This document shows positions 1 through 16,200 of a DNA stretch of 64,000 nt, one piece after another (the stretch's first letter is position 1; each line of letters opens with the position of its first letter). Under the pieces are notes generated by a model. That model was not told where the DNA came from, ran no database searches, and saw only the letters and a list, made by a program, of their open reading frames with translations. A program made the translations under genes and the position numbers. Source of the DNA: Eledone cirrhosa (lineage: Eukaryota); the NCBI GenBank assembly GCA_964016885.1, contig OZ024747.1, forward strand, positions 68,262,001 through 68,326,000, written 5' to 3'.

Positions 1-114
1 CTAGATCTATACATATCGAACTCTGAGCTGATCAATAGCGAAACGCGCGTCACTACTGAATAAACGTAATGAAGACGACAAATCGTCCTTTTATTATCAT
101 TATTATTATTATTA

Positions 115-306
115 AGGGCGGTGGATTGGCAGTATCGGTAGAGGGTCGGACGCCATGCTTTGCAGCATAGAGTTACGGCCTTTTATGGTCTGAGTTCAAA
201 TCCCGCCGAGGTTAACTTTGCCTTTCATCCTTTCGGGGTCGATAAAATAAAGTACCAGTAATACACTGGTATAATTGCTGGCCTTGTGCCTAAAGTAGAA
301 ACAATT
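115..306 (+). mobile_element. tRNA-derived SINE, family 1 (Nin/Deu-domain-like core)
   Basis: A-box-like tggcagtatcggtag, B-box gagttcaaatccc, core ctttgcctttcatcctttcggggtcgataaaataaagtaccagt, end ggccttgtgcctaaagtagaaacaa then (TTA)n. More than 12 copies in the window. Confidence 0.85.
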
Positions 307-437
307 ATTATTATTATTATTATTACACTCTGCTTAGTACTACACCTCTATACTTACTGGAAACTACGCATCGAGTGCTCACTCTGGTGAACCTACAATA
401 ACTACACGTTACAATCTCTCTCTCTCTCTCATATATA

Positions 438-2128
438 TGTTTCTTTTATTTGCCACCAGGGCATCAAAAGTGGGACAAGTACAAAGGGGGGAGTTTACAC
501 AAAAAGGCGTCCTCAATAAGGAGGAGGCAATAACAAAATATAAAAATAAAATAAAATATAACAAAATTAAAATTTATAACAAAATCCTCAATAGAGAGGA
601 GGCGCCTTGGGGGGTCGCACACACCCTCGAAAAAAGTGTGCAACCCTTCTCCTCAGGAGCACAGAGAGGGGGTGCTCCCTCGTTCCTTCCTCTTTTCCAC
701 CTACAGGCTTATGTAAAGAGAAGGCCCATTCACACGGGCCATTCTCGCCATTTCACCCACCTTTCATAAAAACGGCTGGGGTGCAGCACCTCTCTCTCCA
801 TCCTGATCCTTCTTCCGAAATGATATCGGAAGAAACGGACCAGTTGTTGGCCAGAGAGAAAGGTGCCTGACCTCAGTCCTTTCAGACGCGTCCACCATAC
901 AACTTCTTTCACCATGGCTATTACGCACAGAAACACCGCCTCTCCTTCATCTTTGAAGGGGGGAGGCAGCTTGATCATTACAATAGACTCGGTGGTCAAC
1001 CGGATCGGTCCCACCCTTGACAGCAGTTGTTCGACATAGCGCCACAGATCGGCTACGCCCGAGCAGTGTACCAATGTGTGTGCAACGGTTTCCTCATCGC
1101 ACACGCATCTGGGACAGATCTTTTTGGCGGGGTGCCTACCCGGGCGCCCATGTCTGTAGAGCTTTTCTCGAACGGGTAAAGCCCCTCGGTAGCACTGCCA
1201 GGCCAGGGACTTCTGGAAGTTGTCCATAGGTCCCGGGCTGAATGTCCTACCGAACAGGCTGGCCAGTTCGTCTTCCTCCATGTCTAGGGCTTCTCCGAGG
1301 GCGTCGTCGCACCTGCTGCGTACCAGCCCTCTATAGAATGTTGCGGTGGAGTCTCCACTGATAACCGGATCCGCCTGCCAGAGGGCGGTGAGCGCCTGGG
1401 CACACTAGGTGTGCCAGGCGCCCAGTTTTCTCGGTCTTTGCTTGACCCAGGATTGCAGCTCGGTTAGTGAGACGAGTCTGGGAAAGGTTCATCTCACAAA
1501 CGAGGCCCACACCGGTTGACCGGTGAGGAATACGTGGAGGTGCCGTAGCCTTAATGCGTGTTTACGCATCATTAGCCACGGCATCCCCAGCCCTCCTTTC
1601 GAAGGGTGTTGACAGCAGATGGATCTCCTCACCAAGGGAGCCCGCCTCTTCCAAAGGAATTGGAAGAGCGCGCGCTCCATCTTGGCGAGGGTTTCCCTTG
1701 GGCAAGGCACTACGGTCAGGCGGTAGTAGATGACGGATGCTATATAGGTGTTCGCCACCTCCGCCCGACCTTTCAGGGATAGTTTGCAACTGGCCCACTT
1801 CTGGGTCAGTGCAAACACCCTGTTCGTAACCTCCGCCCAGTTCTTCTCCACCTGGAGGTCTGGTCCGAACCAGACCCCGAGCAACTTCACCGGGCCCTCC
1901 GTCCAGCGTCCGACGACGGCATCGGTCTGCCCCTCCACGTGCCGAGTTGCAAACAGATCGACTTGTCCCGGTTCAGCTTAGCCCCTGTGAACCTTTCGTA
2001 CTCCTCCAGTAAGGTGCCGATCGCCCCGATTTCGGAGGCCGTCGACACCATTACTGTCACGTCATCGCGTAGGCCGACACCGCTTTCCGCAATCCCGGTT
2101 CCAAAGGGATGCCCTGCAACAACTCCAA
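438..2128 (-). mobile_element. 5'-truncated Tx1/L1-clade LINE (RT motif C to zf-RVT plus 3' UTR), disrupted
   Basis: Translates to AVSAY(A)DDVTV with a 1-bp deletion near 2070, then GAKLNRDKS, KLLGVWFG, GGLGMP and CPRCVCDEETVAHTLVHC. A 14-bp target duplication ctctctcatatata sits at 424-437 and 2129-2142. Confidence 0.9.
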
Positions 2129-2357
2129 CTCTCTCATATATAGATAGCTAGATACACACACACAAACTGAGGATCGCATACGACAAAGAGCAAGGAAAAA
2201 CGGACAGTCCCATCTCCTCAGTCAACCTCTGGAAAACAGGTAGAAACAAAGGCAGGACTAGTTATGTCTTTCAGCGAATTACACAAATAAAGACGAAAAT
2301 GTATCCCAAGTACATCATCAAATGAAAAAGAATGGAGAGAATGGCGTATGTGTGTGC

Positions 2358-2390
<33 letters not shown>

Positions 2391-3050
2391 CCTATACACA
2401 TACAGACACGTGTGTGTGCATGCAGTTGGTAGTGGTGTGTCATAACAGCGATACAAAAGAAAACAACTTAATGAGTGGAATACACTGAATGGGAGGGAGA
2501 ACTACAAACGGTTTAACGAAATTATGGGGGAGGAGAGGGCGAAAACGTGAGCTAGACAATTAAGAAGTCCCTGGCACCCAACCTTGAAGTCAACTGAACA
2601 TTTTTTACCACACAAAAAAGCAAGCTAACAATGTCCTTATCTGTTTTTCGTCACCCTCCACATGTTATTATTATTATTATTCCTCTTCCTTCTACCTGTT
2701 CTACTGACTGACTAATTAATTTACTTGAGTTGTCAATGGATTTATTGTGTATTGAACTGACCTACCTACATAGCTAGCTATCTACCTAGTTTATTATCTA
2801 GCGAAACAAAAGGGTCATTCACAGATTAAAAGAGAAACAGAAGTGGAGAAATGAAGAAATGTATTTCGTTATTAAAACTCCAGAAAGTTTTATTCAATTG
2901 AGCTACATAGCTCAAACTGCCTACCACCGTGTTTATAAAAAATATATATATCTTTATTTTGTTATTGAACAGACTTCAATACTAAAACATTAACAAATGC
3001 CGTGTGTAAAGCTCGAATTTTCGAACCTACTAAGCCCCGAGGAAATAATA

Positions 3051-3310
3051 TTATAAGATGTAGGAAGCTCGAGCGCAGAAAATAACTGCAATTACAGTTA
3101 GTTGTTATAATGTAGCTTATAAAAATCGAGTAAAGACCCTTAGAGACGAGAAAATGTGGGCAACAGCCGAAGAATCTAACTCCGTATCTCTAAAGGCCTT
3201 TGTCCGAGAGATACGGAGTTCCGATTCTTCGTAGTGTCCGCTGAAACATCTTTCCGTCTCTAAGACAAATAGCAGTTATTTTCTTCGTCTGAGCTTCCTA
3301 CATTTTATAA
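3051..3310. mobile_element. Palindromic MITE-like element
   Basis: Outer inverted repeat ttataagatgtaggaagctc...gaaaataactgc / gcagttattttc...gagcttcctacattttataa. Inner inverted repeats ttagagacg/cgtctctaa and aactccgtatctc/gagatacggagtt. Confidence 0.7.
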
Positions 3311-5349
3311 ACTGAAGTATTATTTCATTACTACCCTTTCAACTACTATTCTAATTTAGTGGTTATGGTGTTGGGTTCACGGTTGTAATGTTAAATTACT
3401 GACCGGGTGTGTTACACGTTTTTGTTTTGCTTTGATTTTTAGCAAATCATTTCTCATTACTTAGCTGAAAATTAGTACCAGCTGGAGCTGGAGGGAGCGG
3501 ATTACGTTTATTATTTTATTAAAGTTCGTTCTAATAGAAATGTATATATGACTAAAGTCTCTTCAAATATTATTAGTACATAATTTGCTAATAGACTCCT
3601 TTCAAATACTAATATATATTCTATTACTAAAGTCTATTCAAAAACTATTATACGTACTATTTTATTACTGAAGTTGGTTCAAATACTAGTCTATTATTTT
3701 ATTATATTTCCTTCAAAATACTCAATTACAAAAGTACTTCCCAACTAGTATATTATTTTGTCGCTACTCACTCGTTCACACTGAAGTGTTTATTTTATTA
3801 ATCTGTGAAAGGTGTGGGTTCCTATGTAGCTAATATTAAGTCCCCAAACAAGCCCCTTAACACTGTACTTAACCCCAACTCCCGACACTTATCTTCCACG
3901 ATAGCCTCATTTTTAATCACCTGCTCCACTTTGTTTAAAAGGTGTATAAAGAATTAAGAAGGTCATTCGGATTATTTGATACCACTACTACTAGTATTGT
4001 TGTGACACCTAGATCAGGTCGCATCCAGCGATAGGTGTGTATATAAAGGTGTGTATGTACCAGCTGTTACCATCCTTTTGTTGTTGTTTAGCCCCAGGTC
4101 AACACTGATCGATCAGACCTTTGGCCAAAAGCATTCTCTCCGCCAGTCCTGGCCAACACGTCAACAACAATAACCACCTACATACATTGACACATATGTA
4201 GGTCGAAAGAAAAATGTTTCAAACTAATGTTTACAACACTAGCCTACTCAGCTGTATTGTTTTGTTATTTCTTTCATCATTAATCACTTTGTTGACATTG
4301 TTTGACAACTTGGCGGCTCTCACTTTCTCTCTCTCTCTCTTCTATTCTATACATGAATCAGTGAGACATCAACAACATCACACAGGAAGTAACCCATTCA
4401 CAATCCAATATCCGAGTAAGACGACATTGGCAGAATCATTAGAGCGTCAGGATAGAATACTTTGTTGTATTCAATCCGGTTCTGTGCACCAAGAAAGTAA
4501 GTTCAAATGCTAGGTCCTCACATCTGAACAACCAGGAACTTATTTTCTCACTACCGTGAAACTTAAGTAATGCAATTCTGAGTCAAGTTTTTTTTAATAC
4601 ATACACGTATTTATTATAAAACGTTGGTTTACATTTTCTTTTAATTTCTTCCTTCAGTATTTATGACATTTTCACAATATATCTAATTATATTTTCTCGT
4701 ATATTTGATAACATTTTCTTTAATGCAGTCTTCAAATAAAAGAAATAATAATTCCCCACCTTTGGTGTAATTGATCACATCGATCTTTTCTCACCCGCCA
4801 ACCTGGTATTTATTTTATTGCTCTTCGAAAGGATGAAAGGTAACGCCAAGCCCACTTTGATAACATATATGATTTCTCACACTAACATAAAAAAAGCTAG
4901 GACATCTATGAGAAAAAGATACAGACGAGTAAATACAACATCCCACCACCACATCAATAAATTTAGGGTTTATTTATTTATAAAGCAAATGGTGAACTAT
5001 AGCTTCGTTGGTTACAGGTTTATAACAACTTAATTGTCGTTTTAAATATCACAGAAATTTGGCAATCACCGTACAGAATGGGACGCATTAGACATTATTA
5101 AAATGTTACACTGATGTTATCGGTTTCAATTTGAAGAGAATATTGATGTGGGTATTGGTTGATTGCCATATTATATAGACAGGTCAGGATACTGATAGAG
5201 GTGTAGGTTGATTTCTCTTTTATATAGACAAATCAAGAGCATTCGTGTCGAAAGGATAAATTGTAAGCACAGCTAATAAATTTATAGCATACAAGATAAC
5301 AAAACTACATCAACTGAGATCTAGGTAAAAAGGTTAGCTCATTTAGGGC

Positions 5350-5722
5350 CAAACCTGCCAAACTCTAAAAACCCAAACGGGAAGTACCATGAAAAAAAAG
5401 TACCCCAAAACGGGGAGAAATGAGGTAAAATGAGATTTTACATAATTAAAGCTATACCCATTTTCACAAGAGAAGACATTTCTCACCCACCCGGGATCTT
5501 TTCAGTTTGACTGCCAGCGGCAATTTCTGTTCGAATTGATTTCATATTCAGTGTAACCCTAACCCTAACATAGCTGTTATAATCCATCCCCAGTTTCCGC
5601 TTGTTACTATGGAAACAGGCATCAATATATTTGTCAACACGTGCTTTCTCGCAAAACTTTAATGTTGGCAGCCAAACCGAAAAGAAACTCTCCCTGTCGG
5701 ATGGGGAGAGTTGACAGGTCTT
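5350..5722. mobile_element. Non-autonomous DNA transposon remnant with a nested second MITE at about 5494-5689
   Basis: Outer ends acctgccaaactct / agagttgacaggt. Inner ends tcttttcagtttgactgcca / tggcagccaaaccgaaaaga, enclosing a taaccctaaccctaac tract. Confidence 0.5.
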
Positions 5723-6032
5723 CCGAGCGGTAGATCACACTCTAACGTAGCATCCATTAGTAGCCAAATTAAATTAATTTTAAATTCATTTAAATCCATT
5801 ACGACCATTTTCTTTCATAGACAACTCTATCAAACATAACTTAATTTCACATTCATTAATATCAATTACAATCATTTTCTTTTACGAAGACATCATTCGG
5901 TATTTACATATACAAAGAAGTCAAGTGCCGATCGTTTTCATTTTATTGCCCGGTTAATCTTGTCGAATACGTGCCTAAGAAAATGCCATTGATCTCTGCA
6001 TTACTTTCAATATAAAAAGACTTTAAAAAATG

Positions 6033-6222
6033 GTTTCTGATTTAGGCACAAGGCCAACAATTTTGGGGGTCGAGGAAAGTCGATTAAATCGACCCCAATG
6101 CATTACTGATGCTTTATTTTATCGACCCCATTAAGATGAAAGGCAAAGCTAACTTCGGCGAGATTTAAACCCAGATCGTAAAGGACCATAACTCTATGCT
6201 GCAAAGCATATTATCCGACGCA
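6033..6222 (-). mobile_element. SINE family 1 copy
   Basis: Reverse complement of the 115-306 core (ggcacaaggcca...atcgacccc...atgaaaggcaaag). Confidence 0.8.
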
Positions 6223-6577
6223 AATTCGTATGCACACGTGCTACTACTTCAGCTGTCACTCGCAATGGAGTATGACTTTGTAGTACTCGTAATGGAGTAT
6301 GACATTTTCGCTAAGAGCTTTTAGGTGCCTATGTAGTAGCGAGCAGACATAGACACCTTCTTGACTCTACTTCCTCTGATCCAACGGAACATGCAGTATG
6401 TGACAGTTGGAAAGAGAGAGAGAAAGCTGCACCAGCACTGGGCTGGTACTTTATCGGCCTCTAAAAAAGAAAATTCCTCGGCAGGATTTGAATTCAAGGC
6501 GAAGTAACATCCAACGCTCTTACGATGCTGTCAAATCGATCATGTCTTCCTATTTCAATTTATTATTCTCGAAGAAT

Positions 6578-6791
6578 AGGGCAGCGGATTGACAATTTCG
6601 GTAGAGCGTCGGACAACATGCTTCGCGGCATAGCGTTACAGGTCTTCACGTTCCGTGTTCAAATCCCACAGATGTTAACTTTGCCTTTCATCCTTACAGG
6701 GTCGATAAAATAAAGCACCAGTAATACTCTGTGTCGATTTAATCGACTTTCCCCTTCCCTTCAAGTTGCTGTGCCAAATGTAGAAACGATT
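6578..6791 (+). mobile_element. SINE family 1 copy
   Basis: gttcaaatccc...ctttgcctttcatcc...gggtcgataaaataaagcaccagt...tagaaacga. Confidence 0.8.
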
Positions 6792-7109
6792 ATTCTCAAA
6801 GAATATCTACATTCTGAATGGTATTTCTTTGCTAAGACATTGCCAACATCTACCGTCCCCAACGATTTTGCCACATCTATCACATATTCAATGAGAAAAC
6901 AAACAAACCTAAATTTTTCAAAATGTCTACTGCTTAGTCATTGACCATAATTTCCAAATAGATTTTCAATAAATTATCAAAACGAGACACTTTGTGGTAT
7001 ATTTATCTAGTAATCTTACCACCTCTCTCTCTCTCACACACACAAAGATGGCCAAAAGTAGAACAGAAGCTATCTATAGTTATTTACCTAGATATCTTCA
7101 GACAATATA

Positions 7110-7203
7110 TACAGGGTGTCCCAAAAATGAATACACACTTAGGTTACCTGTACAGGGAATATTTATAAGAATGCTTTGGAAGTATGTAAAGGGACACTTT
7201 ATA
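7110..7203. mobile_element. Short Tc1/mariner-type MITE remnant
   Basis: TA-cagggtgtccc ... gggacacttt-ata imperfect terminal inverted repeats in a TA context. Confidence 0.4.
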
Positions 7204-7211
7204 TATATATA

Positions 7212-7555
7212 CAGTGATATTAAATAAATGGAAACTATATTTATAAAACCATATTTATTTTATTATATATATTTCAAGGGTACCAAGACACTATCCAGTG
7301 AATATCCAACCGATAAGTTATGATTTTCATGGGTATGTCTCTATTTATAAAACAAACTTTGTATTTTATCTGATGAAAGTGTACCAATGTGTCTTGGCTC
7401 CCTTGAAATATATATAATAAAATAAATATGGTTTTATAAATATAGTTTCCATTTATTTAATATCATTGAATATTTACTCCAGTAATTTGTTGAGTGCTCT
7501 AAATCAGTTATAAACATTTATATTTGTCGGACTTCCAACAAATTAAATACCCCTT
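7212..7555 (+). mobile_element. Non-coding HHR element family A (PLE pseudo-LTR or retrozyme-like) with 5' inverted partial copy
   Basis: 7212-7291 is the reverse complement of about 7389-7468. The body matches 29710-29980, 30900-31190 and 56850-57020, and both sides are (TA)n. Confidence 0.8.
7362..7424 (+). ncRNA. Minimal type I hammerhead ribozyme (family A)
   Basis: Stem I tattttat/ataaaata, core CTGATGA, stem II aagtgtaccaa..ttggctccctt, GAAA, palindromic stem III (AT)n. Predicted cleavage after AUA at 7416. Confidence 0.8.
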
Positions 7556-7964
7556 ATATATATATATATATATATATTTCTCTCTCTCGTCTACGATTTC
7601 ACAGAACTTACGTTCACCGAATTCACAGACTAGACCCCTTCTTCCTCCCGTTAGACCTGTGGGAAGTTCCTTCCTTGCTCACATTCCAACCAGGTTTGAT
7701 GTTCTTTATTCTCTCTCGTTCACTATTTTACCGAATTTATATTCATAGAAATTTGGGACTTGTCTCCTTCTTCCTCACTTTTCATTGCTTCACCATCTTT
7801 GTTTGTTTACACTCGTGTCCCCTTTATTTACGTGTCCCAACGACTTTTTTTAGCCGTTGCTCGCACCAACCGGAGGTATATGGTCTTTAAAGCGATGAAA
7901 TACCAATGATGGTTGGAAGACCAATGATGGTTGGAAGATCACTGATCAAGGACTAACTTTATTC

Positions 7965-11866
<3,902 letters not shown>

Positions 11867-12656
11867 AACTTTGAATAACTTTGAAATGTTTTGGCCAGTA
11901 TTGGCCCAGGCCATGTCTAACTTAATAGCACCACCTGGCGAAGTCTTTCAATTCAGGATTTGGGCACCATGGCCCATTCGAGAAGAGAATTACTGTTTGC
12001 GGAGACATATCCGGGTGTGGGTGGTTTGTCCGGGATTACTTGGAGGAATTTGTCCAAAGACTTCTTGAATTTTGTGTGGTCAGTTTCTGTTTTGACGTGT
12101 CCTGGTGTGATGTTGAAGAGAGCAGGGCCGATTGAGGTGAAATAATTGTGCCGTATTGTTGTTATGAGTTGCGATTTAGATTTTTGAATGGGACGGATAG
12201 CACGGGGCCCAAGCCTTGGGTGTATCTTGAAGGCGATGCCAACATCATTTGGGCAGTGATGATGGAACATTTTCCACATCATGCAGATAATATAACGCTC
12301 ACGGCGACGTTGGAGTGAGTAAAGTTTCAGGTTTTCTAATCGACCCCAGTAGTCAAGGTCTGACATGCCATCTATCTTTTTCGTGATTGCCCTTTGAGGA
12401 GCTTCAAGTTTCATGATACTTTGTTTCGTGTGGGGAGACCACAGTGGACAACAGTATTCAAGGTGTGGTCGGGCGAAAGTAGAGAAGAGAAGGATAATAG
12501 TGCGGGAATCTCTCGACTGGAAGGTTCTGAGGATCCAGGAACACATTCTGCGGGCCATGTCAACTTTGCTGCTTATATGCGTGGTCCAGCTTATGTTGCT
12601 GTCCACGGTTACTCCCAAGTCTCTGATGTTGTTAGATGCCACGAGAGTTTCCCCGT
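11867..12656 (-). mobile_element. 5'-truncated CR1-clade LINE (ORF2 C-terminus plus short 3' UTR)
   Basis: Open frame RDLGVTVDSNISWTTHI...RPHLEYCCPLWSP...QRAITK...LYSLQRRRERY...[10 protein letters not shown], flanked by TA repeats. Confidence 0.88.
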
Positions 12657-12923
12657 ATATATGTATATATATATGTATATATATATATATATATATACAT
12701 ATATATATTTCGTTTCTGAATTTGTTTAGCAAGATTCTTTATCTGAAATCGTGTGTTGAAACCGATATTGTTATACTTTGGGAGGGTCATGTTGCCAATA
12801 AGAAACACACGCACCAGTTGCTTTCACTTCAATTTAATTTATTATATATTTATAAATTTACAAATTTATAAATTTCTGGTTGGTTGGTTGGTTCCACAAC
12901 CAGATAGTTGTTTATATATATAT

Positions 12924-12968
12924 AGTCATAGTTCTTTCGTCACACACTGTGTGACCTCTTCAGTGACT
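12924..12968 (-). ncRNA. Minimal type I hammerhead ribozyme in the PLE 3' UTR (family B)
   Basis: Minus strand reads agtca CTGAAGA g gtcacac agt gtgtgac GAAA gaac TA tgact. Confidence 0.82.
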
Positions 12969-13014
12969 GGGGATTTCTTTCTTCGCTTCTGTGCCTTTCT
13001 TTTCTTCTATCCTA

Positions 13015-13070
13015 CGCCATTTTGTTTGTGTGTGGGTTGCGTGCTCAGTTTGCGCATGCGCCACATCCGG
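13015..13070 (-). promoter_or_regulatory. Cluster of YY1, NRF1 and ETS-like motifs in the PLE pseudo-LTR
   Basis: cgccatttt at 13015-13023, tgcgcatgcgc at 13051-13061 and acatccgg at 13063-13070, just upstream of the HHR on the element strand. Confidence 0.45.
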
Positions 13071-13251
13071 GTGTCTGTGTGTGTTTGTGTTCATTTTTCT
13101 ATTTTTCTATTTATATTTTTCTATTTGTTTGTTTATTTATTTATTTATTGTTGGTTGGTTGTTTGTTCTATGTGTGTGTGTGTTTTCATTTTGTGTGTGT
13201 TTTCAATTGTAAGTTGTTTGTTCTATGTGTGTGTGTGTTTTCATTTTGTCC

Positions 13252-16200
13252 TTAATTGTAAGTTGTGATGTTGCTGTTCCACTCATATTTTCTATTTAAT
13301 TTTGGTTTTAATTCTTTTATGCTTACTGCCTCTGTAATTTGCCTAAACATTGCGTCTTTCTTGTGTGTGGATTCTATTTTTATTTCTATGCTCTCTAATT
13401 TACCCCTGTGTTCTATCTTAGCATGTTGGTAGAGCACAGATGATTCTTTATTATCTTGGAGGTCTCGCCAGTGTTCATTTATTCGTTCCCCTATACTACG
13501 AGCTGTCTCACCTATGTACACTATATTTTTGTTTCTACATTGTCCTTCAGTACATCTTATGCTATATACTACATTTCTAGTTTTACAGTTAATATGGGGG
13601 CTTATTTTACAGGTTATACATTTCTTATCTATACATGAGGGTCTTTGGAACGGGTATGTCTTGCTAATAAGTGTTTTTACGGAGGTACCAGGTCTTTCTA
13701 CTATCTTAATATTGAGATTATGTTTCTTTAGGGCCCTTCTAAATTTGTAGGCTAGTTCGCCTCTAGGGGTTGTATTGATGAACATTACACTCTGGTATTT
13801 ATTGCTATCATACCATGAGTTTATTCTATTGGCCTTGTTCTTAGTTCTTTCTATTCTATTCCAAAATTTGCTCCTATACAAGGGGCAGGTCCCATTTATG
13901 TCATTATTTACCATTTTTTCTCATTTGGTTCTGGCTCCTTTATACACTCTGATTCTATCTCTCTGATTGTAGCCAGAGAACTGCATACGGTGGATGAAGT
14001 GTTGTATGTGTCTCTCTAGTTCTTCGGGGTTGCACATGCGGGACACATTTCTCATCACCCGTACCAAATCCGCAATCAGTATGTTGATTTTGGTATGGTC
14101 CGAAATGGCCGAGTTTCGGTGGATCAGATGTTTGGAAGTCATGGGTTTGGCATAATGGGAATGGAGGATTTGTTTTTGGTTGTTAATTGTATCTAACCAG
14201 AGCTCTGTGTCTAGTACAGGTAATCGATGGTTGGGGTGTCTACTTGGGTAGTCTATAGTAACTCGAATGCTCTGGTGGATGGAGTTTGCTATTTGCTGGA
14301 TGCTTTCCATTGTGTTTTTCTCTAGTTCCTGACTGTTCTTTAGTGGGGGTGTCTTAACTACGATGTTTATATCATCTACGTAGCGGGAGTACATTATCAG
14401 GGTTAAGCTGTCTTCTAATTGTTCATTAAGTTTTTGTTTAAGTCTACTGTCCCACCATACCATGAATAAGTTAGCTATGTCGCCTGCAATGCTAACACCA
14501 ATGGCTGCTCCTTCCTCTTGGGCATATGTTTTACCATTAAATTTGAACATATGTTCCTTAAGGGTTAATTTTATGCTGGCCCCTACCGCATGTGCAATCA
14601 TTTTCTTCAGTTCATCGTGGTTTTCGGGTGTCCGTATGGCTCTGGTCCACCCGTTCCATCTATCTGTGTGGGTTTTCTTGGCCATTGAGGTAATGGTAGG
14701 TGGTCTGCCTCTTGCTGGTCTTGTAGGGCACAGGTTGCTAAGGTCATAAGTGTCTAGGTAACTATTACTATGGGTAAGCTTAAGTAGAAGTCCCAGCTCA
14801 CTGGTATCAATCCCACAGAACTCAACCTTGCTCTCGCTGATCATTTCGACGCATTTCTCCACAGCAAAATCCACGTCAATAGATGGATACAGGGACACAA
14901 CATCCATACTGCCTATTATGCAGTTTGTTAGGTCCCCAGATCGGTTACCCGCGCCGATTCTGCTGAGGAGGTCCTCCGTGCTGTCGCACACATCTGGGGA
15001 CATCTCAATGATGGGGCGTATGATCAGGGAGAGGAAGTAGGACAGTCTGTAGTTACTAGCAATGTTAGCCCCACAGACTGGCCGTGTTGGTGGTCCCGCG
15101 ACAGGGTCCCAGCCCGTTTTATGGTCTTTTCGAAGCCCATACAACGCCGGCACGTCATTGTTCCAGGCCTGGAAGTTGTTGGCAGTCCTTTTGTTGGGCT
15201 GCATTATATTTGTCCACATCACCATATGGGCATTGAGGGTTTTTTCTCTATCCTCATGCTCCTGTGGTGTTACCTCTCTTGTGTTAGTGATGTGGGGTTG
15301 CATTGCCTGGATGTAGTTTGGCAGGCTGTCAACCGACATTCTGCCAGACTTGTCTGTTGGAAAGCATGCTATCTCTCCATTACGCGAGCGCTGCATGAGC
15401 TTACGCAAGCCATTTGCAGATTCTTCTCCCAGTTGCTGGGCCTCTATTCTATTATGCTTCTTGCTATACTGTTCTATAATATTTCTAAGTTCGGATTTAG
15501 CTATACTAAATTGTGCTTCTGTTTGTTCATCGACCTGCGACGGCAACTGCACTGCGTGCGTTTGTTAAATGGCAAAGTCGTGGCGTGGACTCGTCGTAGG
15601 TCGAATGATTTATTGGAGGGGTTATAAAACGGAGAGTTCCAGGCTGCTGCTTTATGTGTACTAGTGCTATTGTTATTGTTGGTTGTGTTGTTTCTATTTC
15701 CACCAACAGCAGCAGCCTCAGCTTCATGATTGTTTCTATGTCTCTCATAATTACTCCTGTCTCTTTCCACTGGCTCAATGTTGTTATCTACCCTATTTTG
15801 TGTGTGTGTGTTCGTCTTGGTTATTCTCTTTGTCCTTAGTCTCCCATCTCCTTTTCCTTTTAATCCTATTACTATTACTTTCTCTTATTTCTCTGATTTC
15901 TGTGCTACTGTCATTACTTGTTTTCTGTGTTTGTGTGTTTGTTAAGATTGTGGTGGTGGTGAGAGGCATTGAATGCGTGTGTGTTGTTGTTGTTGTCTCC
16001 GTGTGTGTGTGTGTTATCGTTGTTGTGTGTGTTGTTATTGTTGTTTGTGTTTGCGTGTCTGTTGTTGTTGTATCTGGGTATGTTGCTATTGTTGTTGTTG
16101 TTGATGTGTGCGTTGTTATTGTTGTCTCCGTGTGTGTTGTTATTGTTGTTTGTGTCTGCGTGTCTGTTGTATCTGGGTATGTTGCTATTGTTGTTGTTGT

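Noticed and set aside
22-52. HHR-like gct..agc GAAA cgcgcg TC with palindromic ACGCGCGT
   Set aside because: The CTGANGA core and stem I are not intact. It is probably a decayed PLE end but cannot be called.
5554-5569. taaccctaaccctaac telomere-like repeat
   Set aside because: Only about 2.5 units inside a MITE, so it is not a telomeric or interstitial array.
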